Virus genome (UHGV): UHGV-0149439
Origin: a virus
DNA length: 29,037 nucleotides
Direction: 5' to 3' (one strand)
The notes beneath the pieces are model-generated. The model was not told where the DNA came from, made no database searches, and was given only the letters and a program-made list of their open reading frames with translations. Positions 1-6,806 of the stretch are shown here, piece after piece (the first letter of the stretch is position 1; each line of letters starts with the position of its first letter). The position numbers were made by a program, and so were the translations under genes.

Positions 1-49
1 CGCCGCGGATTGTATCTTCCTGGCATGACGGATCAATGTGTTTTAAGTA

Positions 50-289
50 TTAATGCCACGTCTTTTTGCTCAGGCTTGTTATAGCTGAAATCGCATGTGC
101 TGAATCATCAAAAAGCCGGGTCAGTACAGGAACCCACTGCCTGTTTTTGTACTCAAGCACCTGATGTCCAGGCAGGTCTTTGCTGATGATGGCAAATGTC
201 CTGAGTTCAGGCGTTGGAACAGGGAGTTCGGTGCCAGGCGGGAAATATATTCTTACCCTGGCAATAATCATGTTGTCCATGCTCATCAT
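50..289 (-). CDS. Hypothetical small protein (79 aa from MMSMDNMIIARV...), translationally coupled to the dinI-like gene
   Basis: Its ATG at 289-287 overlaps the TGA of the upstream dinI-like gene (ATGA). The listed ORF 50..304 merely extends 5 codons further. No recognisable motif. Confidence 0.45.
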   Translation of the reverse strand: MMSMDNMIIARVRIYFPPGTELPVPTPELRTFAIISKDLPGHQVLEYKNRQWVPVLTRLFDDSAHAISAITSLSKKTWH

Positions 290-525
290 TCGTTCACCAG
301 CCACATATCGGCTTCTTCAAACATCTCTTCCAGCATACGGTTAAGTCGTTCTTTTTCGGTCTTTGTGCTGTCGCTGTTTAATGCGTTAGCCTGCATTGGC
401 TTAACTCTCACGTCGGCGTCGGGGAAGATCCGGTGTACGCGCTTTGTCAGCTCGTTAAGAATGATGTTTCTTGCGCCCGGTAGCCCCTCGACATTACGCT
501 TGTCATAAACCAGTTCAACGAACAT
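286..525 (-). CDS. dinI: DinI-family DNA-damage-inducible protein (MsgA-like), 79 aa
   Basis: MFVELVYDKRNVEGLPGARNIILNELTKRVHRIFPDADVRVKPMQANALN...EEMFEEADMWLVNE has DinI length, the acidic C-terminal helix and the WxV(S/N)E end. The real start is the internal ATG at 525, not the ORF-track start at 732. A LexA box lies 19 nt upstream. Confidence 0.85.
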   Translation of the reverse strand: MFVELVYDKRNVEGLPGARNIILNELTKRVHRIFPDADVRVKPMQANALNSDSTKTEKERLNRMLEEMFEEADMWLVNE

Positions 526-543
526 AAAAGCACCCCGGAAAAT

Positions 544-563
544 TACTGTGATTGTATACAGTA
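544..563. promoter_or_regulatory. LexA (SOS) box upstream of the dinI-like gene
   Basis: TACTGTGATTGTATACAGTA versus consensus TACTGTATATATATACAGTA; both CTGT/ACAG arms are perfect. Confidence 0.8.
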
Positions 564-644
564 TTTTTACTGTAAAAATAAATAGTGTCAAGGTGAGCGG
601 AGCGCGAAAGGGGGATGTGTTTTTGTTACCCTTAGTTACAAATA

Positions 645-680
645 GAAAAACCCCAGACCGTGAGATCTGGGGTTCTTTTA
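645..680. terminator. Bidirectional intrinsic terminator (better on the minus strand)
   Basis: AAAAACCCCAGA-loop-TCTGGGGTTCTTTT: 8-bp stem flanked by an A-run on one side and a T-run on the other. It lies downstream of minus-strand gene 836..1615. Confidence 0.6.
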
Positions 681-835
681 AAGTGCACGTGCACTTCACG
701 TGTATATTTTTGTCTTTTCTCGGTCTGCGCACTGTCTGGTCAGTGTCCTTAAGTGGCTGTTTTTATTGCCGCTGTCCGGTTGCAGTCCTATCAAAAGTGC
801 TGGCGGGAGTTGAACCAGCGTCCGTAATCATTTAA

Positions 836-1615
836 CTATCTGTTTTTGTTGAAATCATGTTCATCTATAAAATCCGCGTAGCTTTTGCGTATCCTTTGCT
901 GTATCTGCGCAGTCTTACTATTTTTTGATACTTGGAACATTAAAGCGCCGCGATAAGTATTTTCGTAGGGTTGCTTTCCGTACTCGCGTAGATGATATTG
1001 GCTTGAGTAACTTATAGAAAATTTCTTTCCCTTTGCATCTGAGAAAGTGATTTTTAATGACGGGCCATCAACAATTGTGGGTATTTCACCATTCATAATA
1101 CGTAATGAATTTAATTCGTTTAGCAATATAATTAGAAAAACTGGAGGAAGGATAGTTCTGATTGGTTTTTTTTCTATATTTATGGGTAGCAGATAATTAT
1201 GGGAGTAATAATTTTCTAAGCTATATGGAATGGTTATTCCACCCCCGGATATTTTTATTGATTTATTGTTTGAGTTTTTTCGAGTTTCATACTTTAAATC
1301 AAAAATCTTTGAAATGGAATTTAATTTTTCTTCGGCTGGATATTCCCAAAATAGCTTTACATTTATGGCAGTGCCTAACCCTGAGTTAACTAACTCAGGT
1401 TTGATATCATCTATGGGTATTCTAGCTAGTGGCATGGCTGAATAATGATGCTCATTCATTGAAACTGTGAGCAAATCCAAATCATTAATTAATAATTGTG
1501 GTCTAATTGATTCCTTTCTTTGAACTACTGTTTGCCTAATTGCAAGGTATGCCGCAATTGCTGATAATGTACTAGCAATCAATCCACCGTATGTAACAAA
1601 ACTAGTGTCTGCCAT
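836..1615 (-). CDS. Hypothetical membrane-anchored protein, AT-rich cargo between int and the prophage edge
   Basis: 259-aa ORF with an N-terminal TM helix (FVTYGGLIASTLSAIAAYLAI), then an N/S/I/K-rich domain with no motif I can place. Markedly lower GC than the neighbours. Confidence 0.7.
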   Translation of the reverse strand: MADTSFVTYGGLIASTLSAIAAYLAIRQTVVQRKESIRPQLLINDLDLLTVSMNEHHYSAMPLARIPIDDIKPELVNSGLGTAINVKLFWEYPAEEKLNSISKIFDLKYETRKNSNNKSIKISGGGITIPYSLENYYSHNYLLPINIEKKPIRTILPPVFLIILLNELNSLRIMNGEIPTIVDGPSLKITFSDAKGKKFSISYSSQYHLREYGKQPYENTYRGALMFQVSKNSKTAQIQQRIRKSYADFIDEHDFNKNR

Positions 1616-1623
1616 GTTGTAGT

Positions 1624-1650
1624 ATTCCTGCCTAAAAATCAGGCAGGAAT
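1624..1650. promoter_or_regulatory. Perfect 10-bp hairpin in the 41-nt int-cargo gap
   Basis: ATTCCTGCCT-AAAAATC-AGGCAGGAAT. On the minus strand the 3' arm holds the only AGGA-type SD-like element before the ATG at 1615. Confidence 0.4.
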
Positions 1651-1656
1651 TATTTG

Positions 1657-2832
1657 TCAGTTAGTTTTTTTATTCAAGTGGGTAACAGATGTATTGTTAT
1701 CGTATGCTTTAAGATACCTACCGTAATGTCGAAAAAGCATCTCTGGCCCCTTATGCCCCATTTGCCCCGCCAGCCAGAAAAGGTTAACTCCTCGACTGAT
1801 TAGGCGTGTGGCATATGTGTGACGGGTCTGATAGGGATTGCGGTACCTGATACCGGCTTTCCGTAGCGTTGGCACCCACGCTTTTTTCCTTATTGCATCC
1901 GCGCTGGCCCATGGCTTGTATGTCTTTGGATCCTCAAAGACACAGCCATCTTTCATGAAAGTAAAGGGCTTTTGATCGTTAAGTGCGATTATCGCTTCCT
2001 CAGTTAATTCAACTTTGCGAGTTCCCGCCTTAGTTTTCGTACCTTTTGTCACGCCTGAAACACTGGCGCTCTGTACATGCGCCGTCTTCTCAATGAAATC
2101 AATATCCCTCCAGCGGAGTGCGCATAGTTCCGAGCTGCGAAGTCCTGTCTGGATCGCAAATCTGAATAAGTTCTTCCACTGCTTATTGCCTGTTGATGTT
2201 AACAGCGCGTTCACCTCAGCTGGTGACAGCGGATCAACCACATAACTACTTTCTGCCTCTGATTTATCACTTTGGTACCGTGAAGCTGTCACCAGTGATA
2301 CAGGGTTAATCTGAAGCACACCATCCGTCACCGCCTCATCCAAAGCTGAACGCAGGAATGACAGTTGGTTTCGGATAGTCTTTAATGTTGTTTTCTGGTT
2401 CTGGATCCATGTCTTCAGCGCGGCCGGCGTCAACTCACTTGCAGGAAAAATATGAAGTGATGACAGCGCGCTTCGGCATTTCTTATATCCACCAATTGTT
2501 GAAGGGGATAGTTTTCTCGTTTCACAGATAACCAGATACTCGTCCAGGTACATCTTCACCGTTTTGCCTGCGGCAGCGTTGCCGAAAATTTTTAACCGGG
2601 TAGAACGGGGAAAGTATTCTGCATAAACAAATGTCCCCCTCTCGATCTTGTTATGGATTTCGCCGAGTGTGCGCTCGGCGTATTTGATGTTTTTAGGAGT
2701 TACGTCCAGATTAGAAAGGGGCTCACGGCATTTAACCCCTTTATAAGTGAAAGTAATATTGATGGTTTCGCCGTTGCGGTGTTTCCTGATGGTTACGCCG
2801 CGCGGGAGCTTAGGCGATTCTGTCGTGCCCAT
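1657..2832 (-). CDS. int: Tyrosine recombinase / phage integrase
   Basis: N-terminal arm-type domain (GVTIRKHRNGETINITFTYKGVKCRE). C-terminal catalytic signature with LRSSELCALRW (Arg), HxxR in TRHTYATR, and HKGPEMLFRHYGRY (His, Tyr). Confidence 0.95.
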   Translation of the reverse strand: MGTTESPKLPRGVTIRKHRNGETINITFTYKGVKCREPLSNLDVTPKNIKYAERTLGEIHNKIERGTFVYAEYFPRSTRLKIFGNAAAGKTVKMYLDEYLVICETRKLSPSTIGGYKKCRSALSSLHIFPASELTPAALKTWIQNQKTTLKTIRNQLSFLRSALDEAVTDGVLQINPVSLVTASRYQSDKSEAESSYVVDPLSPAEVNALLTSTGNKQWKNLFRFAIQTGLRSSELCALRWRDIDFIEKTAHVQSASVSGVTKGTKTKAGTRKVELTEEAIIALNDQKPFTFMKDGCVFEDPKTYKPWASADAIRKKAWVPTLRKAGIRYRNPYQTRHTYATRLISRGVNLFWLAGQMGHKGPEMLFRHYGRYLKAYDNNTSVTHLNKKTN

Positions 2833-3011
2833 TTTGCAACCTCATTAAGATCAATCCATCTTTCCTTAACGCCGTCGACCTTTAGCACCTGAACCCCTTC
2901 ACGCCATACTCCACGTTGCACACGTTTGTTGATGGCATCCGGGGTTTCGCCAGTCTCTTTGCAATAAGTTGAGATGGGAACACAATCGAGGCTCAGCATA
3001 TATTTCTCCAT
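2793..3011 (-). CDS. xis: Excisionase (Xis-type small DNA-binding protein)
   Basis: Small basic protein directly upstream of int and overlapping it: ...ISTYCKETGETPDAINKRVQRGVWREGVQVLKVDG...WIDLNEVAKWAR. The likely true start is ATG 2999 (GGAG 8 nt upstream), giving 68 aa. Confidence 0.75.
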   Translation of the reverse strand: MEKYMLSLDCVPISTYCKETGETPDAINKRVQRGVWREGVQVLKVDGVKERWIDLNEVAKWARQNRLSSRAA

Positions 3012-3062
3012 ACAATCCCGGCTGCACCCGGTAGTTTGATATTGTTTATTAGCTGGTTATTG

Positions 3063-3614
3063 TTAGTTGGTTTTCTTTAGTCCAAAGTAAAGTCCTGCGG
3101 CTATGCTTATTATGCCTGCAGCTAGAACACCAATAATCCAATAAAATAATGTTATAAATCGTTCTAACTGTTTGTCTGAGTAATCACTCATAACTTTTAA
3201 TGATGTGCTCAATGACTCCATATCTTTCTTCATGAGAGGTAAAGCCATTGCTTTTTCAGGACTATTTCCAAGTATATTATTAAGCGTGGATATCTTTTTC
3301 TGTATGTCATCAACTTTTACTTCCAACGCTTCTATTCGTATATTATCTGGGGTAAGGGTTGAAGTATTTTTTAAGGCACTTAACGTGTTTCTTACCTGAA
3401 ATATCTCATCCCTATAGGTGCTTATTTCGTTCATGAGATGATCTGTATCTATTTTTTTATCATAAGATGTAGGTAATGAAACATTTACTATTGAAGTGGC
3501 TTTATCTTTTATTTCTAAGGTCAAAGGAATGAGTATCGATCCCAAAGCGACCAGCATAAGAATAGGGGATAGTATTGCTATACTCTTTGCTAATGCGTTA
3601 CTTGTAAATGACAT
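3063..3614 (-). CDS. Hypothetical two-TM coiled-coil membrane protein, AT-rich cargo
   Basis: 183 aa with an N-terminal TM (IAILSPILMLVALGSILIPL), a central heptad-like region and a C-terminal TM (FYWIIGVLAAGIISIAAGLYFG). GAGGGA SD sits 4-5 nt before the ATG. Confidence 0.7.
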   Translation of the reverse strand: MSFTSNALAKSIAILSPILMLVALGSILIPLTLEIKDKATSIVNVSLPTSYDKKIDTDHLMNEISTYRDEIFQVRNTLSALKNTSTLTPDNIRIEALEVKVDDIQKKISTLNNILGNSPEKAMALPLMKKDMESLSTSLKVMSDYSDKQLERFITLFYWIIGVLAAGIISIAAGLYFGLKKTN

Positions 3615-3947
3615 GAGTCCCTCTTCATAGTATTGTGTAGTACGTTTTTATTGCAACTTACTGTTATGGATAGTTTTTTGTTAAAGTCATTGAGAGATTA
3701 GCATGTTTTAGCGTTAATTCATTGCTTTAATGAGGCCAAAACTAATATTCCAAGCCCTGTCTCATTTGCTTAATGACACTATAGGCCAACAGACAATTTA
3801 ATCATGGCAGCGTCCAGTGTCGATTTGATTTATTCATAAACATACTCGTATCCAGTAAGCCAAGAAAATCTGGCACTACGGTCATGCGGTCATTACTCAT
3901 GGTTTTACCCTCGTTATGGCGGCTGCCACCGCCGAACTTTCTCCATA

Positions 3948-4059
3948 CACAACAGAGAAGGGCATCTGCATTAGTCGGCGGCTTGCAGAGACCGCTTTCT
4001 TTTTGCCCGGGTGGATTGGGTTATGAGCCCGTCGCCCGGTGATGCCCTTTTCTGTTGTG
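3948..4059 (+). ncRNA. Candidate structured RNA (or MITE-like inverted-repeat element), family unknown
   Basis: 19-nt arms CACAACAGAGAAGGGCATC / GATGCCCTTTTCTGTTGTG enclose 74 nt with two GC-rich sub-hairpins. The single imperfect position is G.T on the plus strand and C.A on the minus strand. Confidence 0.3.
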
Positions 4060-4209
4060 CCCTGAAAAAGGCTGGCGGTTACCGGACAAGTGGGAAAACA
4101 CCGGGCCGCCAGAACAGGGAGTTACTTGTTATTGCTTTAGCCTGCTTTTAACCACATCAGGCGCGGTGGTATCCTTCTAAGTCGCTACAACCACGAAGGA
4201 ATTTTTTTT

Positions 4210-4449
4210 ATGAGCAATGTTACTTATCTCAACCATGCCAGGCTCGATGCCATTGAGTTGGCTATATCAAGGCTGGCTATTGCTATTACAGAGGCTGAAG
4301 GACCACATACTAAAGAGCTTGAAAGTTCTATCGCCCATTTCCGCGCGCTATTTGAAAAGCCTGATATCACTGAAAAAGAGCGCGAAACCTACCTCAGGAC
4401 GATAAGGTTGTTGGATCCATTAAATAGCGACCCTACCGAGCCGTTCTGA
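4210..4449 (+). CDS. Hypothetical 79-aa protein
   Basis: ATG with AAGGA 9 nt upstream. Helical acidic sequence with no recognisable motif. Its 3' end overlaps the convergent gene by 30 nt. Confidence 0.55.
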   Translation: MSNVTYLNHARLDAIELAISRLAIAITEAEGPHTKELESSIAHFRALFEKPDITEKERETYLRTIRLLDPLNSDPTEPF

Positions 4450-4725
4450 ATCGAGGCGTGCCGCTCTTTCCCTTCGCTCTAAAATCGCCTCAACAATTTC
4501 GACTCCATTGAGGCGCTTCTTTCCATTAATGTCCTGCTGGACCTCTTCTAATGCTGTTTGCGCAAGCTGAATGCGCGATTCAGTCCCGGAATTTGGCTCG
4601 AGCTGTTGAACTCGCTTAGCATCCTCCAGCAGTAGAGCAATGATGTGCTTCAGTTCGTTTGCGTCCACCGTGAACTCCTTTGAAATTTTAAGTGTTAGCG
4701 AATCATCCGGTTCTTCATATGCCAC
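4420..4725 (-). CDS. Hypothetical 101-aa acidic protein, first gene of the leftward (PL-like) transcript
   Basis: GTG start directly downstream of the OL-like operators and a TTGCGT-17-TATTGT promoter candidate. Same position as e14 ymfJ-type genes (from recollection). Confidence 0.6.
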   Translation of the reverse strand: MAYEEPDDSLTLKISKEFTVDANELKHIIALLLEDAKRVQQLEPNSGTESRIQLAQTALEEVQQDINGKKRLNGVEIVEAILERRERAARLDSERLGRVAI

Positions 4726-4783
4726 CGACGGCTACTTCGTGGGCGTCCTGCCTGTTCGCTATGGAGTAGACAATAAAATTAAA

Positions 4784-4821
4784 TTGCGAATAACGCAAGT
4801 AAATAATTGCGAATTGCGCAA
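4784..4821. promoter_or_regulatory. OL-like operator pair overlapping a leftward promoter
   Basis: Two perfect TTGCG-N5-CGCAA dyads: TTGCGAATAACGCAA (4784-4798) and TTGCGAATTGCGCAA (4807-4821). The same half-sites occur in the cI-cro intergenic region. Confidence 0.6.
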
Positions 4822-4832
4822 TATTAGGTGCA

Positions 4833-4857
4833 TAAAAAAACCGCCATAAAGGCGGTT
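4833..4857 (-). terminator. Intrinsic terminator after the repressor gene
   Basis: ACCGCC-ATAA-GGCGGT stem followed, on the minus strand, by TTTTTTTAT. Confidence 0.8.
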
Positions 4858-4876
4858 TCAACATTGATATGTAGCG

Positions 4877-5569
4877 TCAGGCGTGACGTTTGAATGATTG
4901 AGATTGGCTTATCATTACTTTCCCAAAAATGTAAAAACGGTGTTCGTTAGTCTTGTCCACGGACCATTCTCTATATTTTGGGTTATCCGATATCACCAAC
5001 AACTTATCAGGTATCATCTGTAATCGTTTGACGTAAATTTTATCATCAAAACCAAATACATAGATTCCATCACCATCGAACTCATGAATAGAGATATCAA
5101 CGAAGAGAAGATCACCAGGCTCGATTGTCTCAGCCATACTGTCGCCTCGAACGTTGATTACCTTTACTTGATCTGCCGTTCTTCCGCCGAACATCGCTAG
5201 CGCACGTTCATTGTTGTATTCGATTGACCTGATGACATCAATGATGTCGCTGCCTTGAATAAAGCCGCCACCAGCACTGGCACTAACATCAAGAATCTCC
5301 ACTCTAAACACAGATCCATCTCCAGAATGTGGATTACTACCACTGTATTCACATACAGTAGTTTTATTTCCACCTGGAGTAAATAGATCAGCAACGCTAA
5401 CGCCTAAAGCTTGAGCATATTTGCTAAGTGATTGTTCAGTAAATGACTTCTGCTTGCCAGTTTCTACACGCGAGATGTTAGCTCCGTCGACACCAACGGC
5501 TTCAGCAAGATCAGCGATTTTTAGACCCTTCGCAGTGCGAAGTTCTCTTATGCGGTTTCCTATGTTCAT
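4877..5569 (-). CDS. cI: CI-like repressor: XRE HTH plus S24 (LexA-like) autocleavage domain
   Basis: N-terminal HTH (IRELRTAKGLKIADLAEAVGVDGANISRVETGK), an Ala-Gly site in SASAGGGF, catalytic Ser in VRGDSM and Lys in IYVKRL. Confidence 0.95.
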   Translation of the reverse strand: MNIGNRIRELRTAKGLKIADLAEAVGVDGANISRVETGKQKSFTEQSLSKYAQALGVSVADLFTPGGNKTTVCEYSGSNPHSGDGSVFRVEILDVSASAGGGFIQGSDIIDVIRSIEYNNERALAMFGGRTADQVKVINVRGDSMAETIEPGDLLFVDISIHEFDGDGIYVFGFDDKIYVKRLQMIPDKLLVISDNPKYREWSVDKTNEHRFYIFGKVMISQSQSFKRHA

Positions 5570-5589
5570 GCGTCTATTACATGTTTTTT

Positions 5590-5652
5590 TTGCGTGATGT
5601 GCAAAGCAACTTGCGCAAGTCGTATGTTCTAATTAATATGCGTTTTACGCAA
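5590..5652. promoter_or_regulatory. OR-like operator region with divergent PR-like and PRM-like promoters
   Basis: TTGCGTGATGTGCAA (5590-5604), palindrome ACTTGCGCAAGT (5609-5620), ATGCGTTTTACGCAA (5638-5652). PR candidate is TTGCGC(5611)-17-TAATAT(5634). The minus-strand candidate TTGCAC-17-TGTAAT ends 6 nt before the cI ATG, implying leaderless cI mRNA. Confidence 0.65.
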
Positions 5653-5666
5653 TTAAAGGAGGGTAT

Positions 5667-5912
5667 ATGCAATCACCGTTACGAATCTTGCGTAAATCGC
5701 AAGGTATGACTCTTTCCTATGTAGCAAAAGGGGTTGATATCGACCCGGGAAATCTAAGTCGGATAGAGCGAGGGCAGCAAATTGCTTCCCTAGATATTGC
5801 TGAACGTCTAGTCCGTTTCTTCGCGGGAAAAATCAATGAGCTAGAAATCCTTTATCCACACCGCTATTCGAACTGTACAGGCGCGAGTACAGACATAAAA
5901 CCACAGGAATAA
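5667..5912 (+). CDS. cro: Cro-like XRE-family HTH regulator
   Basis: Divergent from cI, with an AAGGAGGG SD. HTH reads MTLSYVAKGVDIDPGNLSRIERGQQ. Confidence 0.85.
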   Translation: MQSPLRILRKSQGMTLSYVAKGVDIDPGNLSRIERGQQIASLDIAERLVRFFAGKINELEILYPHRYSNCTGASTDIKPQE

Positions 5913-5922
5913 GGGGTTAACC

Positions 5923-6474
5923 GTGGGTAACGAACCAATCTGGAAAGTCGAACGTCAGCCTAGTTGGCTGGTGGTAGCGATTAAAAAAACGATTACCGAT
6001 CTGCCTGGTGGATATTCTGAGGCTGCGGAATGGTTGGGCGTGACAGAGAACGCATTGTTTAACCGCCTTCGTGTGGACGGGGATCAGATCTTCCCTATGG
6101 GATGGGCGATGGTGCTACAGAAAGCCGCCGGTGTTAGCTACATAGCAGATGCGTTTTCTCGTCAAACAGATAACGGGATTCATATCCCTGGTGCAGCACC
6201 AGAAACAGAGAACGAAGAAATTGGCTTAAAGCTGGCTGAGCTGGTGGGCAGGCTTGGGGATCTGGTCAACGCATACCGTCGATACATCGATGATGGTGTA
6301 GTTGATAAAGGGGAGTGGGACAGTCTGAATGAAATCGCCTACCAGTTCCGGGTAACGCTTATGACGTTCCTGAACCTGATTTCACGAGTTTATTGTCTTC
6401 CTGAAAAGAGTGACGCCCGCGAGTGTGCAGCTCCGGGCGCCTTGGCGAACAAATCTTCGAGTATGGAGAAATAA
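5923..6474 (+). CDS. Putative early regulator at the CII position (resembles e14 YmfL-type proteins, from recollection)
   Basis: GTG start with AAGGGG SD, 183 aa. HTH-like segment YSEAAEWLGVTENALFNRLR. Placed directly after cro. Confidence 0.6.
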   Translation: MGNEPIWKVERQPSWLVVAIKKTITDLPGGYSEAAEWLGVTENALFNRLRVDGDQIFPMGWAMVLQKAAGVSYIADAFSRQTDNGIHIPGAAPETENEEIGLKLAELVGRLGDLVNAYRRYIDDGVVDKGEWDSLNEIAYQFRVTLMTFLNLISRVYCLPEKSDARECAAPGALANKSSSMEK

Positions 6475-6479
6475 TCCGC

Positions 6480-6806
6480 ATGAGCAGTTTAACGGCTTTT
6501 AACCGTCTACCGCAACTCAGGATGATCCCGGTTTCGGGTACTCCGTTGTTTCGGTATGAACGCAGATTATCAAACCGCTGGGTTCCGTGTAACCACAGTA
6601 GGGCGGTTTCAATTGTGGGGGTCTATAACCGGAGGGCAAAACGCCTGTGCGCGAACTTAACCGAAGGTTCAAAGACAACCGCGGAGTGCCAGTCCGTGTT
6701 ATCCGCTGGGAGCCAGAAACACAGCGCGTTATCTATCTGCGTGATGGCTACCCACACGAATGCTTCAGCCCACTTGAGCATTTCAGGCAAAAGTTCAGGG
6801 AGATAA
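6480..6806 (+). CDS. Doubtful 108-aa ORF (position of e14 ymfM-type gene)
   Basis: The frame is open, but the product is S/R/C-rich and looks off-frame in its 3' half, where a better ORF exists in another frame. Confidence 0.3.
   Translation: MSSLTAFNRLPQLRMIPVSGTPLFRYERRLSNRWVPCNHSRAVSIVGVYNRRAKRLCANLTEGSKTTAECQSVLSAGSQKHSALSICVMATHTNASAHLSISGKSSGR

Noticed and set aside
164-508. 114-aa plus-strand ORF
   Set aside because: It lies entirely antisense to the well-supported dinI-like gene and its coupled partner. The product is low-complexity and S-rich, and there is no RBS.
548-835. 95-aa plus-strand ORF, and the 5' extension of ORF 286..732
   Set aside because: Both run through the LexA box, a bidirectional terminator and palindromes. 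The DinI homology begins only at the internal ATG 525.
733-835. Possible tRNA fragment or att core (gagttgaaccagcg)
   Set aside because: No cloverleaf, and no GTTCGAATC-type T-arm or CCA context. No matching repeat is available inside the window, so an att call cannot be supported.
3948-4059. Retron msr/msd interpretation of the long inverted repeat
   Set aside because: No reverse transcriptase gene lies anywhere nearby. The flanking ORFs are small hypothetical proteins.
3916-4150. Short plus-strand ORFs (38 aa from ATG 3916; 41 aa from ATG 4023) inside the structured block
   Set aside because: No SD sequences. The products are Cys/Gly/Arg-rich nonsense-like peptides, and the DNA is better explained by hairpins.
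6423-6479. 5' extension of the listed 127-aa ORF into the upstream gene
   Set aside because: It overlaps the end of the YmfL-like gene. The first plausible start is ATG 6480, just after that stop.
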